A stretch of DNA of 64,000 nt from Spirochaetia bacterium (GCA_038204425.1 JBBRCZ010000010.1:1-64000), one strand, 5' to 3'. Positions 40,417-51,193 are shown, counted from the stretch's first letter. Numbers and translations: made by a program. The notes: generated from the sequence alone by a model not told the origin.

Positions 40417-42489
40417 TTACATCTTCAAGGGCGCAAAATAGCCACTCTCGGATCTACCACTCTTCTGAAAGAGTTGCGCTTGTACCTCAACTGGAAGATA
40501 CTTTTTACCAAAGTCAGAGTCAAATAAAGATTTAAATCTTAGGAAGTAAGAACCATCTTTTTTGCGCAAAAGTTCTTTGCCCAAATCTACTATACCGGTT
40601 GGTCGATACAAAGCCCAGTCTATGCCTCCGCTTTCTTTTACCAAGAGACTTAGTTCTGGGTCGGCCTCATAGGGGACCGTGCGGATAAGACTTAAGTGAA
40701 CACGATTATTCTGTAAAAAACGCAGGTTCTCATCAAGACCATAGCGCGCAAAAGCATCTTCTGGTAAGCGACCGTCCCCAACCAAAACCAAGTGCCTCAA
40801 ACCTTGTCCTTTTAGCAGTAAAGGCAAGGCAAGCCTGATTGCTTGATCTAAGTACCAAAATCGACCAATTGGAAGAGCTGATGCCGCCGACAAAAGCTGA
40901 CTTTTGGGGCTACCCAATGCGGCCTCGATACTTGCCTTGTCGCTCGCCGATACCAAGGCTATTTTTGCTCCTGTCCCAAAGCCGTCAGCAATATTCCTAA
41001 TCGCGTTTTGAATCGCCTCACGAACTGCTGCATCACCGAGACTCTGGTCTGCCTGAACAATTATTACTGCATCCAGCTGGGTTTCATTGCTGCCGGACGA
41101 CAAAAACTGAACATTGTCAAGTTTCTTCCGACCTTCGGTCAAAGCCAAGTTGCTGGAAGTCAAGCCTTTTACAGGATTGCCAAGATTGTCCAGAACGCTC
41201 AGCTCTATGCTTACTTCCGGAAACTTATCGGCCATAACCCGATGAATTTGCACGGTTAGTCCAGAATAGACACCGGCTAACCTAGAAAGAATGTTTACGG
41301 CTTCTCCATCAAAATCGCTGGCCAACAAGTGCCCGTTGCTATCCATGCCTGTCCCAACAAATCGTCCACGGGCTTTTTCCTGAACAAAGAGACTACGCAG
41401 CTCTTGATTTTGTGGCAAGAACTCAAAAATTTCATTGCGAGTTGTAATTAGCAGACGATCCTTTTCAAATGGACCAATATCTTCAATGTCGGTCAAGCGA
41501 ACGTCCAAAATGGTATCAAGATGATTGCCGCTGCCATCAAAAACATGGAGCGCGGGATGTTTTCTGGAAGCATCGCCGACATAGAGTCTATTGTTGTGCC
41601 AGACTAGGCCAGTCGGACGTTCCAAACCAGCAAAAAACGAGGAGCGCTCACCAATAAAGAGCACAAACTTTCCAGTTCTGTCAAATTTTGCGACTCTTCG
41701 ATTGCCAATATCACTAACATAAAGATAGGTGCCTTTGTCCCAAGCAATAAACTGCGGTCCCAAGAATTGGCCATCGCCAGAACCTTTAGATCCAAACTCA
41801 CTCAGGTAGTTTCCATCCAAAGAATAGCGAATTACCTTGTCTGACAACATTTGCGTAATATAGAGCTCGTCTTCTAGCAAAACAATGTCAAATGGACCTT
41901 CCATTCTCGTCAAGGCGCCCTTGATACTACGTTTGCTTTTGCCGTTTGCATCCATGACCACTAAGGAATTGTTGCCAAAACTGACGACATAGCTCGTACC
42001 ATTAGGAAGAGAAACAACTGAAGAGGGCCGGCGGATTTGATACGGAACCGAGTTTTCTTTGTCCAGTTGCGCCACGGGAAAAAAGTTGAAGTCCTGCTCG
42101 ATAACCGAAGCAAGGCCACGTCGAGAGATGACACCCTCCATAAAAGATGACAATTCGGGACTTGCCGAGCCTTGTTTTTGGACAGATTCCCATTCGGCCA
42201 TGGCAGCCGACTCGTAGCCTGCCATAAAGTAGTCAAAACCGAGCCAAATACGGGCCAATTGATTGTTTGGCTGTAAGCTAAGCACTCGTTGATGCAGCAA
42301 TGCCGCCTCGGAATGGTAGCCGTCATGGAAGCGTGTTACACCTTGTCTAAAAATATCATCTGCACGGGCATCATCAACCCTAATTGGACTTGGAGACTGG
42401 GCAAGCAAAAGACTTGCACTCAATAGCAGTCCAAAACTCAACAGTAATGGTAAGCGTGGACGACCTGCACTATTTGACAATGATTTCAT
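40417..42489 (-). CDS. Exported TPR + NHL-repeat beta-propeller + vWA-like protein
   Basis: Signal peptide, TPR-like helices, FGSKGSGDGQFLGP and YVSDIGNRRV NHL repeats. Confidence 0.8.
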   Translation of the reverse strand: MKSLSNSAGRPRLPLLLSFGLLLSASLLLAQSPSPIRVDDARADDIFRQGVTRFHDGYHSEAALLHQRVLSLQPNNQLARIWLGFDYFMAGYESAAMAEWESVQKQGSASPELSSFMEGVISRRGLASVIEQDFNFFPVAQLDKENSVPYQIRRPSSVVSLPNGTSYVVSFGNNSLVVMDANGKSKRSIKGALTRMEGPFDIVLLEDELYITQMLSDKVIRYSLDGNYLSEFGSKGSGDGQFLGPQFIAWDKGTYLYVSDIGNRRVAKFDRTGKFVLFIGERSSFFAGLERPTGLVWHNNRLYVGDASRKHPALHVFDGSGNHLDTILDVRLTDIEDIGPFEKDRLLITTRNEIFEFLPQNQELRSLFVQEKARGRFVGTGMDSNGHLLASDFDGEAVNILSRLAGVYSGLTVQIHRVMADKFPEVSIELSVLDNLGNPVKGLTSSNLALTEGRKKLDNVQFLSSGSNETQLDAVIIVQADQSLGDAAVREAIQNAIRNIADGFGTGAKIALVSASDKASIEAALGSPKSQLLSAASALPIGRFWYLDQAIRLALPLLLKGQGLRHLVLVGDGRLPEDAFARYGLDENLRFLQNNRVHLSLIRTVPYEADPELSLLVKESGGIDWALYRPTGIVDLGKELLRKKDGSYFLRFKSLFDSDFGKKYLPVEVQAQLFQKSGRSESGYFAPLKM

Positions 42490-42493
42490 TCAG

Positions 42494-43168
42494 CTATTCC
42501 TTTTTGACAAGGTCGATCTGCCCCTTGGCGGTCCAAAGATGGTTCTTGATGGTTTCGGCTTGTGGCGCAATTTTAAAGGCCTTGTTAAGAACTCCAACCG
42601 ATTCGGCCTGCTTGCCCAACTTAAACAATACCCAACCTAGGCTGTCCAAATAAGCAGGATTGTTGGGAACACTTCGAACGGCTTTGGAACAATAGAGAAA
42701 TGCCAAGTTGAGCCTGTTTCCGGTTTCTGCAAGTACATACCCCATCGAATTGAGTGCATTAGTGTTGCCAGGGTCCAACTTTAGCGCCTGTTCCAAATAA
42801 TTGATGCTCTCATCATGTTTTTTTTCGAGGCTAAGAACATGGCCCAAAGCGGCGTACACTTTGGCCGACTCATATCCGTCTTCAATCAGTTTTTTAAACT
42901 CAAGCGCCGAGAGTCTTGTTTGCTTGGTTTGTGCATACGAAAAGCCAAGCAACATTCTACATTGATACATTCGAGCAATATCGAGGTTTGATCCAACTGT
43001 TTGTTCTAGATATAAAAGCGCTTCTTCATATTTTTGAAGTCTTACATAGCACATACCAAGGTGATACGAGAACAAGGAATAGTCCTCTTCTTTGAGATCA
43101 GATGAAAGAAAGGACTTTAAGGCTTGTTGGTAGAGTCCCGCCTTATAAAGTACAACGCCTTCATTCAT
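42494..43168 (-). CDS. Tetratricopeptide repeat protein
   Basis: ALNSMGY, AYLDSLGW; start moved to ATG 43168 (GGAGG RBS). Confidence 0.88.
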   Translation of the reverse strand: MNEGVVLYKAGLYQQALKSFLSSDLKEEDYSLFSYHLGMCYVRLQKYEEALLYLEQTVGSNLDIARMYQCRMLLGFSYAQTKQTRLSALEFKKLIEDGYESAKVYAALGHVLSLEKKHDESINYLEQALKLDPGNTNALNSMGYVLAETGNRLNLAFLYCSKAVRSVPNNPAYLDSLGWVLFKLGKQAESVGVLNKAFKIAPQAETIKNHLWTAKGQIDLVKKE

Positions 43169-43178
43169 AGTGATCCTC

Positions 43179-43955
43179 CTATCCCTGATTGGGCAATTGA
43201 ACGGGATTAAGAACAAAACTCGCTTTGCCATAGACTTCATCGACCCTATTGTTCATAGGGTGTAGATGAATGGGACTCAGCGAAATCTGTCCACGACTGA
43301 CGGCGTTCCAGTCGCTTCCTTCTTCGGCGCTGGTATCAATTGGCGCACCTTTTACAAACCAATAATCATGACCAAGTGGTCCTGTATAACGAGTAAGTTG
43401 ATCATTATAATTTCTCAAGCAAGGATGGGTAATCTCAACCCCAGCATAAATACTAGTTTCGTTGGGCGCATTAATGTTTAAAAAGTGCTGTTTGTCAGAA
43501 AGCTTGGCAAAAAGCTCAAGATTGAGGCCAACAAAATCTGCGAGTGGTTCAAAACTCCATGGAGCACTAAAAGCATTAATACTTAAGGCAACTCCAGCAA
43601 TGCCCATGTAGGCGGCTTCTCTGGCTCCAGCTACCGTACCTGAGTAGGTAATGTCAGTACCAAGATTTGGACCATGGTTTATACCCGAAAGCACCAAGTC
43701 GGGTCTTTCTGGCATTATGCCCAAGACTGCAGTTCTGACGCAATCAGCTGGGCTGCCGCTAATTTCAAAACATCGTTCACGACGGTAAACTGACTTAATT
43801 GGTTCTTTAAGAGTAATGTAGTGCGACATGCCTGAACGCTCGCCATTAGGCGCAACAATCCACAATTCGTGCTTGTCCAAAAGATTGAGTCTTTTAAACA
43901 ACGTTTGCAGACCTTCGCTGTCAAAGCCGTCGTCATTAACCAGCAGAATCCGCAT
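43179..43955 (-). CDS. surE: 5'/3'-nucleotidase SurE
   Basis: NDDG, GSPADCV, SGINHGPNLG, YSGTV. Confidence 0.96.
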   Translation of the reverse strand: MRILLVNDDGFDSEGLQTLFKRLNLLDKHELWIVAPNGERSGMSHYITLKEPIKSVYRRERCFEISGSPADCVRTAVLGIMPERPDLVLSGINHGPNLGTDITYSGTVAGAREAAYMGIAGVALSINAFSAPWSFEPLADFVGLNLELFAKLSDKQHFLNINAPNETSIYAGVEITHPCLRNYNDQLTRYTGPLGHDYWFVKGAPIDTSAEEGSDWNAVSRGQISLSPIHLHPMNNRVDEVYGKASFVLNPVQLPNQG

Positions 43956-45123
43956 CAGGTATCCTTTCTACACTCGCCCCTGCCGAAGGAAGGATTCGGC
44001 GGACTGGTAACTTAAATCCAAAAATCCGTTCGTATTCTTCCACAAAGCTCTTTAGTTGGCTCTCAATTATTTCTGGTTTTCCTTGACACAAAAGAACCAC
44101 TCCGCCGCCAAAACCTCCACCGAGCATTCTCGCTCCTTGATATGACGGCACGTTTTGGGCATGTTTAGCAATCCAATCCAACTCAGGACACGAGCAATCA
44201 TAGACATCCCTTAAACTATCGTGTGACCGAGTCATGTGCCTACCAAGTGCTTCAAACTGAGTTGCCTCAACACAATCAATAGCAAGATTGATACGCAATT
44301 CTTCGCTATGAATGTGCTGACAGATGCGGCGCTTGTCTTCGTTCATGCTAGAAATCGCTTGATTGAGTTCTCTAATACCGATATCACGTACATCTTTATA
44401 GCCAGTTTTTTGTTTAAGACTTGGTCTTATGGACAGATAGAGCGCTTCTCTTTCTCGCAAATCTTCCTGCACACCACTTGCAACTACCGAAGAATCCAAA
44501 AAATAAAAGTGGTGCTGTCCATCGGTTATTCTTAGTGAACGATTCTCTAAACTGCGTAAATCTAAATGATAGCACGCACCGGCATGGGCATGAAAACTTA
44601 TGAAACACGACGAGACCTGGCTCGGACGTTGCATAAACTGAGTTTCTGCAGTGTAAGAAACGTAAACAAGTTGGGCATCTGTCAAAGAAAACTTGTACAT
44701 TTCGCAGAGCGCCAAGCTTGTAGCAACGGTAAGTGCACTGGAAGAAGCCAGCCCTTTGTTGAGTGGTACTTCGCCATGAACTAGAAAATCTACGCCACTG
44801 ATTGTACAGCCAAGGTTATCAAGGCCAAGTAAAACGCCTTTTAAAAGGTTGGCCCAGCGATCTTCTTTTTTGTATTTTAGCGAAGCTAAGGCGCATTTTT
44901 TATGGTCGTTGGCTTGCGTACTAAACATCTTTACCAAATGATCTTGGCGGGGTGCAACCGCTACCCAAACTCGTTCTGCTATTGCAAAACCTAGGGTCTG
45001 ACCTTTGGCATATTCAATTTGTTCACCAAAAAGATGTACTACCCCGGGAGCAGAAGCAAGTGCGCGCGGACTTTGGCCATATTCCTTAATAAAAAGTTCA
45101 TCTATCAAAGCAGGTACAGGCAA
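43936..45123 (-). CDS. Galactokinase-like protein, degenerate active site
   Basis: APG..LFGE, GLASSSA, SHDSLRD.YDCSCPELD, GARMLGGGFGG. Confidence 0.8.
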   Translation of the reverse strand: MPVPALIDELFIKEYGQSPRALASAPGVVHLFGEQIEYAKGQTLGFAIAERVWVAVAPRQDHLVKMFSTQANDHKKCALASLKYKKEDRWANLLKGVLLGLDNLGCTISGVDFLVHGEVPLNKGLASSSALTVATSLALCEMYKFSLTDAQLVYVSYTAETQFMQRPSQVSSCFISFHAHAGACYHLDLRSLENRSLRITDGQHHFYFLDSSVVASGVQEDLREREALYLSIRPSLKQKTGYKDVRDIGIRELNQAISSMNEDKRRICQHIHSEELRINLAIDCVEATQFEALGRHMTRSHDSLRDVYDCSCPELDWIAKHAQNVPSYQGARMLGGGFGGGVVLLCQGKPEIIESQLKSFVEEYERIFGFKLPVRRILPSAGASVERIPDADSAG

Positions 45124-45182
45124 TATAACCCCTCACATGCATCAATCTTACTCCAAATTGTCCTTGTGCGACAACGGGAGCC

Positions 45183-45229
45183 AAAAAAAAGAAAAAAAAA
45201 GCTGCCGTGGTTTTGATCACCACAACAGC
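45183..45229 (-). terminator. Intrinsic terminator after rpmE
   Basis: Minus strand GCTGTTGTGGT...ACCACGGCAGC followed by long T-tract. Confidence 0.85.
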
Positions 45230-45272
45230 CTCTTGCAGAGCAGCAGATTGCGCTCTCAAACGCAACCAAACC

Positions 45273-45533
45273 TTATTTGGCTTTGGCAGCGCTCACATTG
45301 TACTTGCGATTGAATCGTTCTACACGGCCAGCTGTGTCAACCAATTGTTGTTTACCGGTAAAGAATGGATGGCTTGCAGATGAAATTTCCATCTCGTGCA
45401 TTGGGTATTCTTTGCCGTCGTCATACTTGATGGTGTGACGGGTTTCAATAGTTGACTGAGTCAAGAAAAGCTTGCCAGTTGCAATGTCCTTAAAAACGAC
45501 ATAGCGGTAGTTGGGATGAATATCAGGTTTCAT
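45273..45533 (-). CDS. rpmE: 50S ribosomal protein L31 type B (no Cys)
   Basis: [27 protein letters not shown]; start ATG 45533. Confidence 0.96.
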   Translation of the reverse strand: MKPDIHPNYRYVVFKDIATGKLFLTQSTIETRHTIKYDDGKEYPMHEMEISSASHPFFTGKQQLVDTAGRVERFNRKYNVSAAKAK

Positions 45534-45599
45534 TTCGTTCGGTTCTCCTTGCTCCCCTCCGTACATTCGCCGGGAAAGAGCGTATTTACTGTCCTTGCC

Positions 45600-47639
45600 T
45601 CAATCTGCGGTTGCGGCGGAGGTATTCATAGACCTCAGGAAGGCCTCATTATTCTTGGTTTTCTTCATTCTGTCAATCAGTAATTCGATGATCTCATTGT
45701 CATCCATTGGGTTAATAACCTTTCTAAGTACCCACATTTTGTCGAGCTCTTCTTTGGTCAAGAGCAGGTCTTCACGTCGTGTACCAGATCGTTTGATGTT
45801 AACTGCTGGAAACAATCGCCGATCGGCAATCTTGCGATCAAGATTGACTTCCATGTTACCTGTTCCTTTAAACTCTTCAAAAATAACTTCGTCCATTCGA
45901 CTGCCTGTTTCGATCAGAGCTGTGGCAACAATGGTCAGGCTACCGCCACCCTCGATGTTTCGAGCAGCACCAAAAAAGCGTTTTGGTTTGTGTAAGGCGT
46001 TTGAATCGACGCCGCCAGAAAGAATCTTTCCAGAAGTTGGTACCGTTTGATTGTAAGCCCGGGCCAAGCGCGTAATGGAGTCAAGAAGAATTACAACATC
46101 CTTATTGTGCTCAACCAATCGTTTGGCTTTTTCAAGCACCATCTCAGCAACTTGTACGTGCCGAGTTGCTTGCTCATCAAAAGTAGAACTGATGACTTCT
46201 GCCTTAACGTTACGCTGCATGTCGGTTACTTCTTCTGGACGTTCGTCTATCAGCAAAACTATCAAATAAACATCTGGATTGTTCTCAGTAATCGCATTGG
46301 CAATCTTCTGCAAAAGTATGGTCTTACCGGTTCGGGGCGGAGCGACAACCAAACCGCGCTGTCCCTTGCCAATCGGACTAAAAAGGTTGAGCAATCGCGT
46401 TGCAACATCACCGTCTCGCGTTTCCAAGTTGAGCCGCACATCAGGATACAGAGGTGTGAGATTTTCGAAAGGGATGCGAGTTTGTGCAACCGAAGGGTGA
46501 TCAAAGTTAACGGTTTCTACACGCAACATAGCAAAAAAGCGTTCACCCTCTTTTGGAGGTCGAATCTGTCCATACACCGTATCACCGGTCTTGAGGTTAA
46601 AAAGCCTAATCTGTGAAGGAGAAATGTAGATGTCGTCTGGACCAGCCAAATAAGAGTTTTGTGGAGAACGCAAGAAACCATAACCATCCTGAAGAATTTC
46701 TAGTGCACCGTATGCATAGATGCTGCCTGATCTATCCGTGTGTGATTTTAGAATGGCAAAAATAACTTCTTGCTTCTTGAGCGCAACCAAATTTTCTTGA
46801 TTGGTGCCATAACCAAGAGCAATACTGCGCAGATCCTTCATGCCCATCCAAATAAGGTCATTGATAAGCAAGCTACGTGGGTCACGCTTGCCGCCGGCAA
46901 AGGCCATCTTAAAGGCTTCGGGTGTGTAGGTAAAAGCCGACGAAAAACTGATGCCATTCTGGTCCCAGTCTGGAAAACTTTCTTTTGGCACGGTCGCTGG
47001 GTCGACTATCACATCTTGTTCGTTGCCCTCATTTCCAAGGTCTTTAGGAAAACGATTGACGTTATCGTGTCGATTGTTGCCGCGATAATTATCGCGACTG
47101 CTGTCTCGGCTGTTATCGCGGCTGTTGTCACGATTTCCGTCCCGATTGTTATCACGACTTCCGTCCCGACCAGTGTTTCTATTGTTGCGATGCTCACGGT
47201 AGTTGGGATTTCTGCTCGGTTGCGGAGCGTGATTTGATTGGCTAGCAGGTTCGGCGCTGCGGCGACTTTGTTCGGTTTCACTTGAAGGAAGACTATGCAC
47301 CGGTTCCGCTTTGAGCTCGTCGACGGCATCCACTACAATCTTTTTTTTTCTGATTATGCGCTTTTCTGAATTATTCTCTGAATTATTCTCTGAATTATTC
47401 TCTGAATTATTCTCTGAATTATTCTCAGAACTATTCTCAGAACTATTCTCTGAATTATTCTCAGAACTATTGTCGCTTGTGATCTGTGTACTTCCTGTGA
47501 AGCTTTGATCAACGTTGTTGGATTCAACGGCATCGGCTGGGTTAGTACCAGTCTGCTTGGAAACGTCATCGGTGAGAGTCAAACCAATTTGGTGTTCGTC
47601 TTCCGAATCTCCGCTTTTTTTTCTTCGGATTATCGGCAT
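45600..47639 (-). CDS. rho: Transcription termination factor Rho with long low-complexity N-terminal extension
   Basis: [34 protein letters not shown]. Confidence 0.98.
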   Translation of the reverse strand: MPIIRRKKSGDSEDEHQIGLTLTDDVSKQTGTNPADAVESNNVDQSFTGSTQITSDNSSENNSENSSENSSENNSENNSENNSENNSENNSEKRIIRKKKIVVDAVDELKAEPVHSLPSSETEQSRRSAEPASQSNHAPQPSRNPNYREHRNNRNTGRDGSRDNNRDGNRDNSRDNSRDSSRDNYRGNNRHDNVNRFPKDLGNEGNEQDVIVDPATVPKESFPDWDQNGISFSSAFTYTPEAFKMAFAGGKRDPRSLLINDLIWMGMKDLRSIALGYGTNQENLVALKKQEVIFAILKSHTDRSGSIYAYGALEILQDGYGFLRSPQNSYLAGPDDIYISPSQIRLFNLKTGDTVYGQIRPPKEGERFFAMLRVETVNFDHPSVAQTRIPFENLTPLYPDVRLNLETRDGDVATRLLNLFSPIGKGQRGLVVAPPRTGKTILLQKIANAITENNPDVYLIVLLIDERPEEVTDMQRNVKAEVISSTFDEQATRHVQVAEMVLEKAKRLVEHNKDVVILLDSITRLARAYNQTVPTSGKILSGGVDSNALHKPKRFFGAARNIEGGGSLTIVATALIETGSRMDEVIFEEFKGTGNMEVNLDRKIADRRLFPAVNIKRSGTRREDLLLTKEELDKMWVLRKVINPMDDNEIIELLIDRMKKTKNNEAFLRSMNTSAATAD
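47365..47472. repeat. 12-bp tandem repeat, 9 units, in rho (encodes SENN/SENS)
   Basis: TCTGAATTATTC x6 and TCAGAACTATT(C/G) x3, contiguous. Confidence 0.95.
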
Positions 47640-47731
47640 TAAAGGCTCCAGATTTTCTGAAAGGATTTTTCAAACAGTATAAAGACCGTTTGCTGACCAA
47701 TGGCCGCACATATAATGTTTGGGAATGTTAT

Positions 47732-47760
47732 AACTTACCTCAGCATAAAACGCATGTCAA
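47732..47760 (-). promoter_or_regulatory. Putative sigma70 promoter of rho
   Basis: TTGACA-17 bp-TAAGTT. Confidence 0.6.
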
Positions 47761-47784
47761 GAATAAAAAAACTTTTTGGACAGA

Positions 47785-48219
47785 TTAGTTTTGCTGCTGT
47801 TCTTCATCAGAAAGGCGAATTGAACGTCTAAGGTCTTTCAAAACACTAGAAAAGACATCAATTTCTTCTACGTTCCTAATCATCTCACACTTTCCTTCAA
47901 AAATAACACCGTCGGCGATTCTTAATGTTGCCGCTTTGAGATTACCGTAAACATGACTGCCTGGCAAAAGTTCGATACCTCGCTTGGCCTCTACATTTCC
48001 ATGTACTTCTCCGGCGATCACGACTTCTTCGGCAAGTACTTCTGCTTTTATCAACGCGCCTTCTTCAATAAAAAGAAAACCTTTTGCATCAATGGTACCT
48101 TCAAAACGACCAGATATCTTGAGATTGCTAGAAAAACGTAAGGTGCCTTTTAGCTGTGCATCTTTGCCAATACGTGTGGCGATTGTAGGCAACTGGTAAC
48201 CTTGCAGGGAATGGGACAT
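47785..48219 (-). CDS. Bactofilin (polymer-forming cytoskeletal protein)
   Basis: IG....GTL, ISGRFEGTI, GEVHGNV, GVIFEGKC. Confidence 0.92.
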   Translation of the reverse strand: MSHSLQGYQLPTIATRIGKDAQLKGTLRFSSNLKISGRFEGTIDAKGFLFIEEGALIKAEVLAEEVVIAGEVHGNVEAKRGIELLPGSHVYGNLKAATLRIADGVIFEGKCEMIRNVEEIDVFSSVLKDLRRSIRLSDEEQQQN

Positions 48220-48239
48220 GCTTGCTCTCTTAAGATTAT

Positions 48240-48461
48240 TTACTTGGTCTTCATTACAAAGACGCCGTCCCAGTCATCAGCTGGTGGATTTTCTAAATAG
48301 TGTCTGCAACGTGCTGCGTAGACTTTTGCAGGACCATCTTCGGGATCAATATCCAAGGCCTTTTGAAACACCGCGCGAGCTGCTTCAAAATTCATAAGCT
48401 TGTACTCTTTTCTGCCTTGTGAGAACAATTCCAAAACTTGTCGTTTTTGGTCGCTAATCAA
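48240..48461 (-). CDS. Small stand-alone TPR protein resembling adenylate cyclase C-terminal tail
   Basis: Single TPR, DPEDGPA, ending PPADDWDGVFVMKTK. Confidence 0.75.
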   Translation of the reverse strand: MISDQKRQVLELFSQGRKEYKLMNFEAARAVFQKALDIDPEDGPAKVYAARCRHYLENPPADDWDGVFVMKTK

Positions 48462-49201
48462 GCCTTTACTCCATTGAGATTTTTTTCTTTTTCTCTATAG
48501 TTATTGAAATGCTTTTGGTAACGTTGTTCAAGCCCTTCTACAGAAATTTCTTCTTGTTTGAGTTGCCCCTCTCTGCTCTTTAGGTCAGCTATTTCCTCTT
48601 CAAGACCTTGGATAGTTGCTAGGGTTTCTTCGCTTTCTCTCATAACCTTTTCTACAAACGCAGAAACTTGCTCGGAGTCAAACCTGTTAAGAGATCTAGC
48701 TGCTTCCATTATTTCTTGCACAGGTTTTTTGACATGGCCTGTAAAGTAAACGAGTGAACTATTGAGCGACTCAATAATGTTGATACGATTTTCACGCTTA
48801 ATGACTTGGCGAGAAAGTTCCTTTCCGCGCAAAACAGCCTTAATACGGGCCAAAACTTCTGAAAAATTGAAGGGCTTGGTAATGTAGTCTTCGACGCCAA
48901 GCTCAAAACCTTCTATCTTGTCTTTGACATCGTCCATCGCAGAAAACATAATAATCGGAATATCACAAAATTCATCAAAGCGCGGGTCATTTTTAATTAT
49001 TCGGGTAACTTCCCAACCAGACAGTCGTGGCATGATATTGTCGAGAATAATCAAATCGGGTTTTGTCTCCACCAGTTTTTCTAAAGCTTGCTCTCCGTCT
49101 TCTGCCTTCTCAACCAGAAAGCCAAGTTTAGAAAGCATAACTTCAAAAAAGTCCAAGTTAATTTGTTCATCATCTACAATCAGAATTTTGTCTTTATGCA
49201 T
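48458..49201 (-). CDS. Response regulator (receiver + coiled-coil output)
   Basis: ILIVDD, DLIILD.IMP, DYITKPF. Confidence 0.9.
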   Translation of the reverse strand: MHKDKILIVDDEQINLDFFEVMLSKLGFLVEKAEDGEQALEKLVETKPDLIILDNIMPRLSGWEVTRIIKNDPRFDEFCDIPIIMFSAMDDVKDKIEGFELGVEDYITKPFNFSEVLARIKAVLRGKELSRQVIKRENRINIIESLNSSLVYFTGHVKKPVQEIMEAARSLNRFDSEQVSAFVEKVMRESEETLATIQGLEEEIADLKSREGQLKQEEISVEGLEQRYQKHFNNYREKEKNLNGVKA

Positions 49202-49239
49202 ATCGATCTACCTTGCTTGTATTTTGCCGGTAAAAGCCG

Positions 49240-50955
49240 CTAACTGTCAACAGTTACTTTTCTGACTTGGGCAAGTCTGTAGCATGCCGCAGCTATCAAT
49301 AGGAGCAAAGCAGCAATGACCAAGATTATTGCTAAAAAATCTCCATGTGTCTGATAAAACGTTGGCACCTGTTTTTTTACTAGCGGAGCATTTACCAAAA
49401 GGTAGCTTTCGGTAAATGGTTTGTTCATCAGAACTATATGGCCATCTGGATCAATAAGGCCGCTCATGCCGCCGTTGGTACTTCTTACCACAGACAGACG
49501 ATTTTCGATGGCTCTAAAGATAGCAATGGCCATGTGTTGCATCGCGCCAGGCACCGATTGAGACCATGAGTCATTGGATATATTGACTATCATGTCGGCG
49601 CCTCGGGCAGCAAATTCCCGACTGTGCTGACCAAAGGTATCTTCAAAACAGATAGGCGTTCCAAATTTAAATCCTGCAGCTTCCATGATGACATATTCTT
49701 TGCCTTCGTTCCAAACTGTAGTGTTGTTGTCTTCAAGAAGCTGCTTAATCCAAGGGAAGGTATCTGCATAGGGAAAATGCTCAGTAAAAGGAACAAGGTG
49801 AATTTTATGATATACGGACTTTAGTTGCCCTTTTTCATAGAGCATAGCTGCATTATAGTCCCGTCTGGCTAATCGGCCTTCTTGATCTCGGTAGGCTTGG
49901 GCATCGCCGTTGCCAAGTAAAACTGGCACCTCAACCGTGGCAAGATAGTCAAGCAAGTTTTTAACTAGTTGGAACCTGTCTTCGTTGACTCGATATTGAT
50001 AGTGAAACCTAATTGCTGGAATAATAGAAGTCTCAGACCAAAGCACCATATCGGTTTCGGGGTGAGCACTTAATCCGGCCTCGGTCTGCCGAATGTGTTT
50101 ATCAAGTCCTTCTTGATAGGCGGCTGTTGTCTTAGCAGGGTCGCTATTGGCCGCAGCAACCTTCCAAGGGTCAAAGTTTTGTTGTATTAGCAGCAAATTT
50201 TTGCGTGGGGCATCGGTAAAGTCTACTTGACTGAGTCTACCGGCCACGACCGAAAAGCCAAGCGCAAGCAGCCAAAGTGCGGCAAATATCCAACGCTTAA
50301 GCAAGAAAGTCTTGAGACCAGCGCTATGATCTTTCTGGCGCCAGAACCAGGCCAGCATGAGTGAGGGGAAGACCAAAAGCAGGCTGATGCCCCATGGTCC
50401 CCAAATGGCTGCACTTTGCACAAAAAACAAGGCTTGGTATTGACTGTACGCTAAAATGCCATAAGGATAGCCGAGAAAACCTTGAGTTTTGGCATATTCG
50501 TAGACTACCCAAAGCATCGCTTGTACAACAAAGCCCCAATTTGGCAGCAGTTTTGCCGTCAACCTCATAAGCAGTACGATAACTAAGTACCACATCATAT
50601 AAATGCTTGGCACGATGAGGATAGCAAGTGGATGATAAACGGCCAACCAATAGTTGAACAAAGCGTACGAGGCAAAGCCCCAATATGGCCCGTACAAGAA
50701 AAGCCGTTTCCACGGACAAGAGTTAATAACTATAAAGGCGGGAAACAAAGCGATCCAAGCCAAAAAACCAAAGCCGGTATCACTCAAAGGGTTTGGAAAA
50801 CTCAAACAAAAAAGGACTGCCGAAAGTGTCAGCAGTCCAAGTTCTTTAAAAGCAGATGTTTGGCCCCCAGGAATTACGATCCTGGAATTTTTAGCCCCTA
50901 AGCGTCCAAGCAGCATCTTTGAGCTCCTTACCTGGTCTAAAGCTAACAACACCAT
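49240..50955 (-). CDS. lnt: Apolipoprotein N-acyltransferase (start uncertain)
   Basis: WSET, YHKIHLVPFTE, ICFED, NDSW, RAIENR. Confidence 0.95.
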   Translation of the reverse strand: MVLLALDQVRSSKMLLGRLGAKNSRIVIPGGQTSAFKELGLLTLSAVLFCLSFPNPLSDTGFGFLAWIALFPAFIVINSCPWKRLFLYGPYWGFASYALFNYWLAVYHPLAILIVPSIYMMWYLVIVLLMRLTAKLLPNWGFVVQAMLWVVYEYAKTQGFLGYPYGILAYSQYQALFFVQSAAIWGPWGISLLLVFPSLMLAWFWRQKDHSAGLKTFLLKRWIFAALWLLALGFSVVAGRLSQVDFTDAPRKNLLLIQQNFDPWKVAAANSDPAKTTAAYQEGLDKHIRQTEAGLSAHPETDMVLWSETSIIPAIRFHYQYRVNEDRFQLVKNLLDYLATVEVPVLLGNGDAQAYRDQEGRLARRDYNAAMLYEKGQLKSVYHKIHLVPFTEHFPYADTFPWIKQLLEDNNTTVWNEGKEYVIMEAAGFKFGTPICFEDTFGQHSREFAARGADMIVNISNDSWSQSVPGAMQHMAIAIFRAIENRLSVVRSTNGGMSGLIDPDGHIVLMNKPFTESYLLVNAPLVKKQVPTFYQTHGDFLAIILVIAALLLLIAAACYRLAQVRKVTVDS

Positions 50956-51193
50956 GATCTTGAACCTTTACGGTCTGACCAGTTTTGGGATTACGAGCTT
51001 TTTCGCGTCCTTTGCGGGTTTTGATTTCAAAAGTACCAAAACCCCTAAACTCGATCACCCTATCATTCAGAAGTGCTTCTTTGAGTTCTTGAAAGAACGA
51101 ATCAACGACATCATGAATATCCTTTTTGGTAAGGCCCGTATCATCAGAGATGCTTTCTACTATCTCCGCTTTGGTCAACTTCGTCAAACTCAT
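50891..51193 (-). CDS. HU/IHF family DNA-binding protein
   Basis: LTKAEI, RGFGTF, ARNPKTG, FRPGKELK. Confidence 0.95.
   Translation of the reverse strand: MSLTKLTKAEIVESISDDTGLTKKDIHDVVDSFFQELKEALLNDRVIEFRGFGTFEIKTRKGREKARNPKTGQTVKVQDHGVVSFRPGKELKDAAWTLRG

Noticed and set aside
45273..45533. Zinc-free L31 as a Zur-regulated paralog
   Set aside because: Sits in the core rho-rpmE position and no Zur-like palindrome was seen
47365..47472. Possible CRISPR or iteron array
   Set aside because: 12-bp units are contiguous with no spacers and lie in frame inside rho
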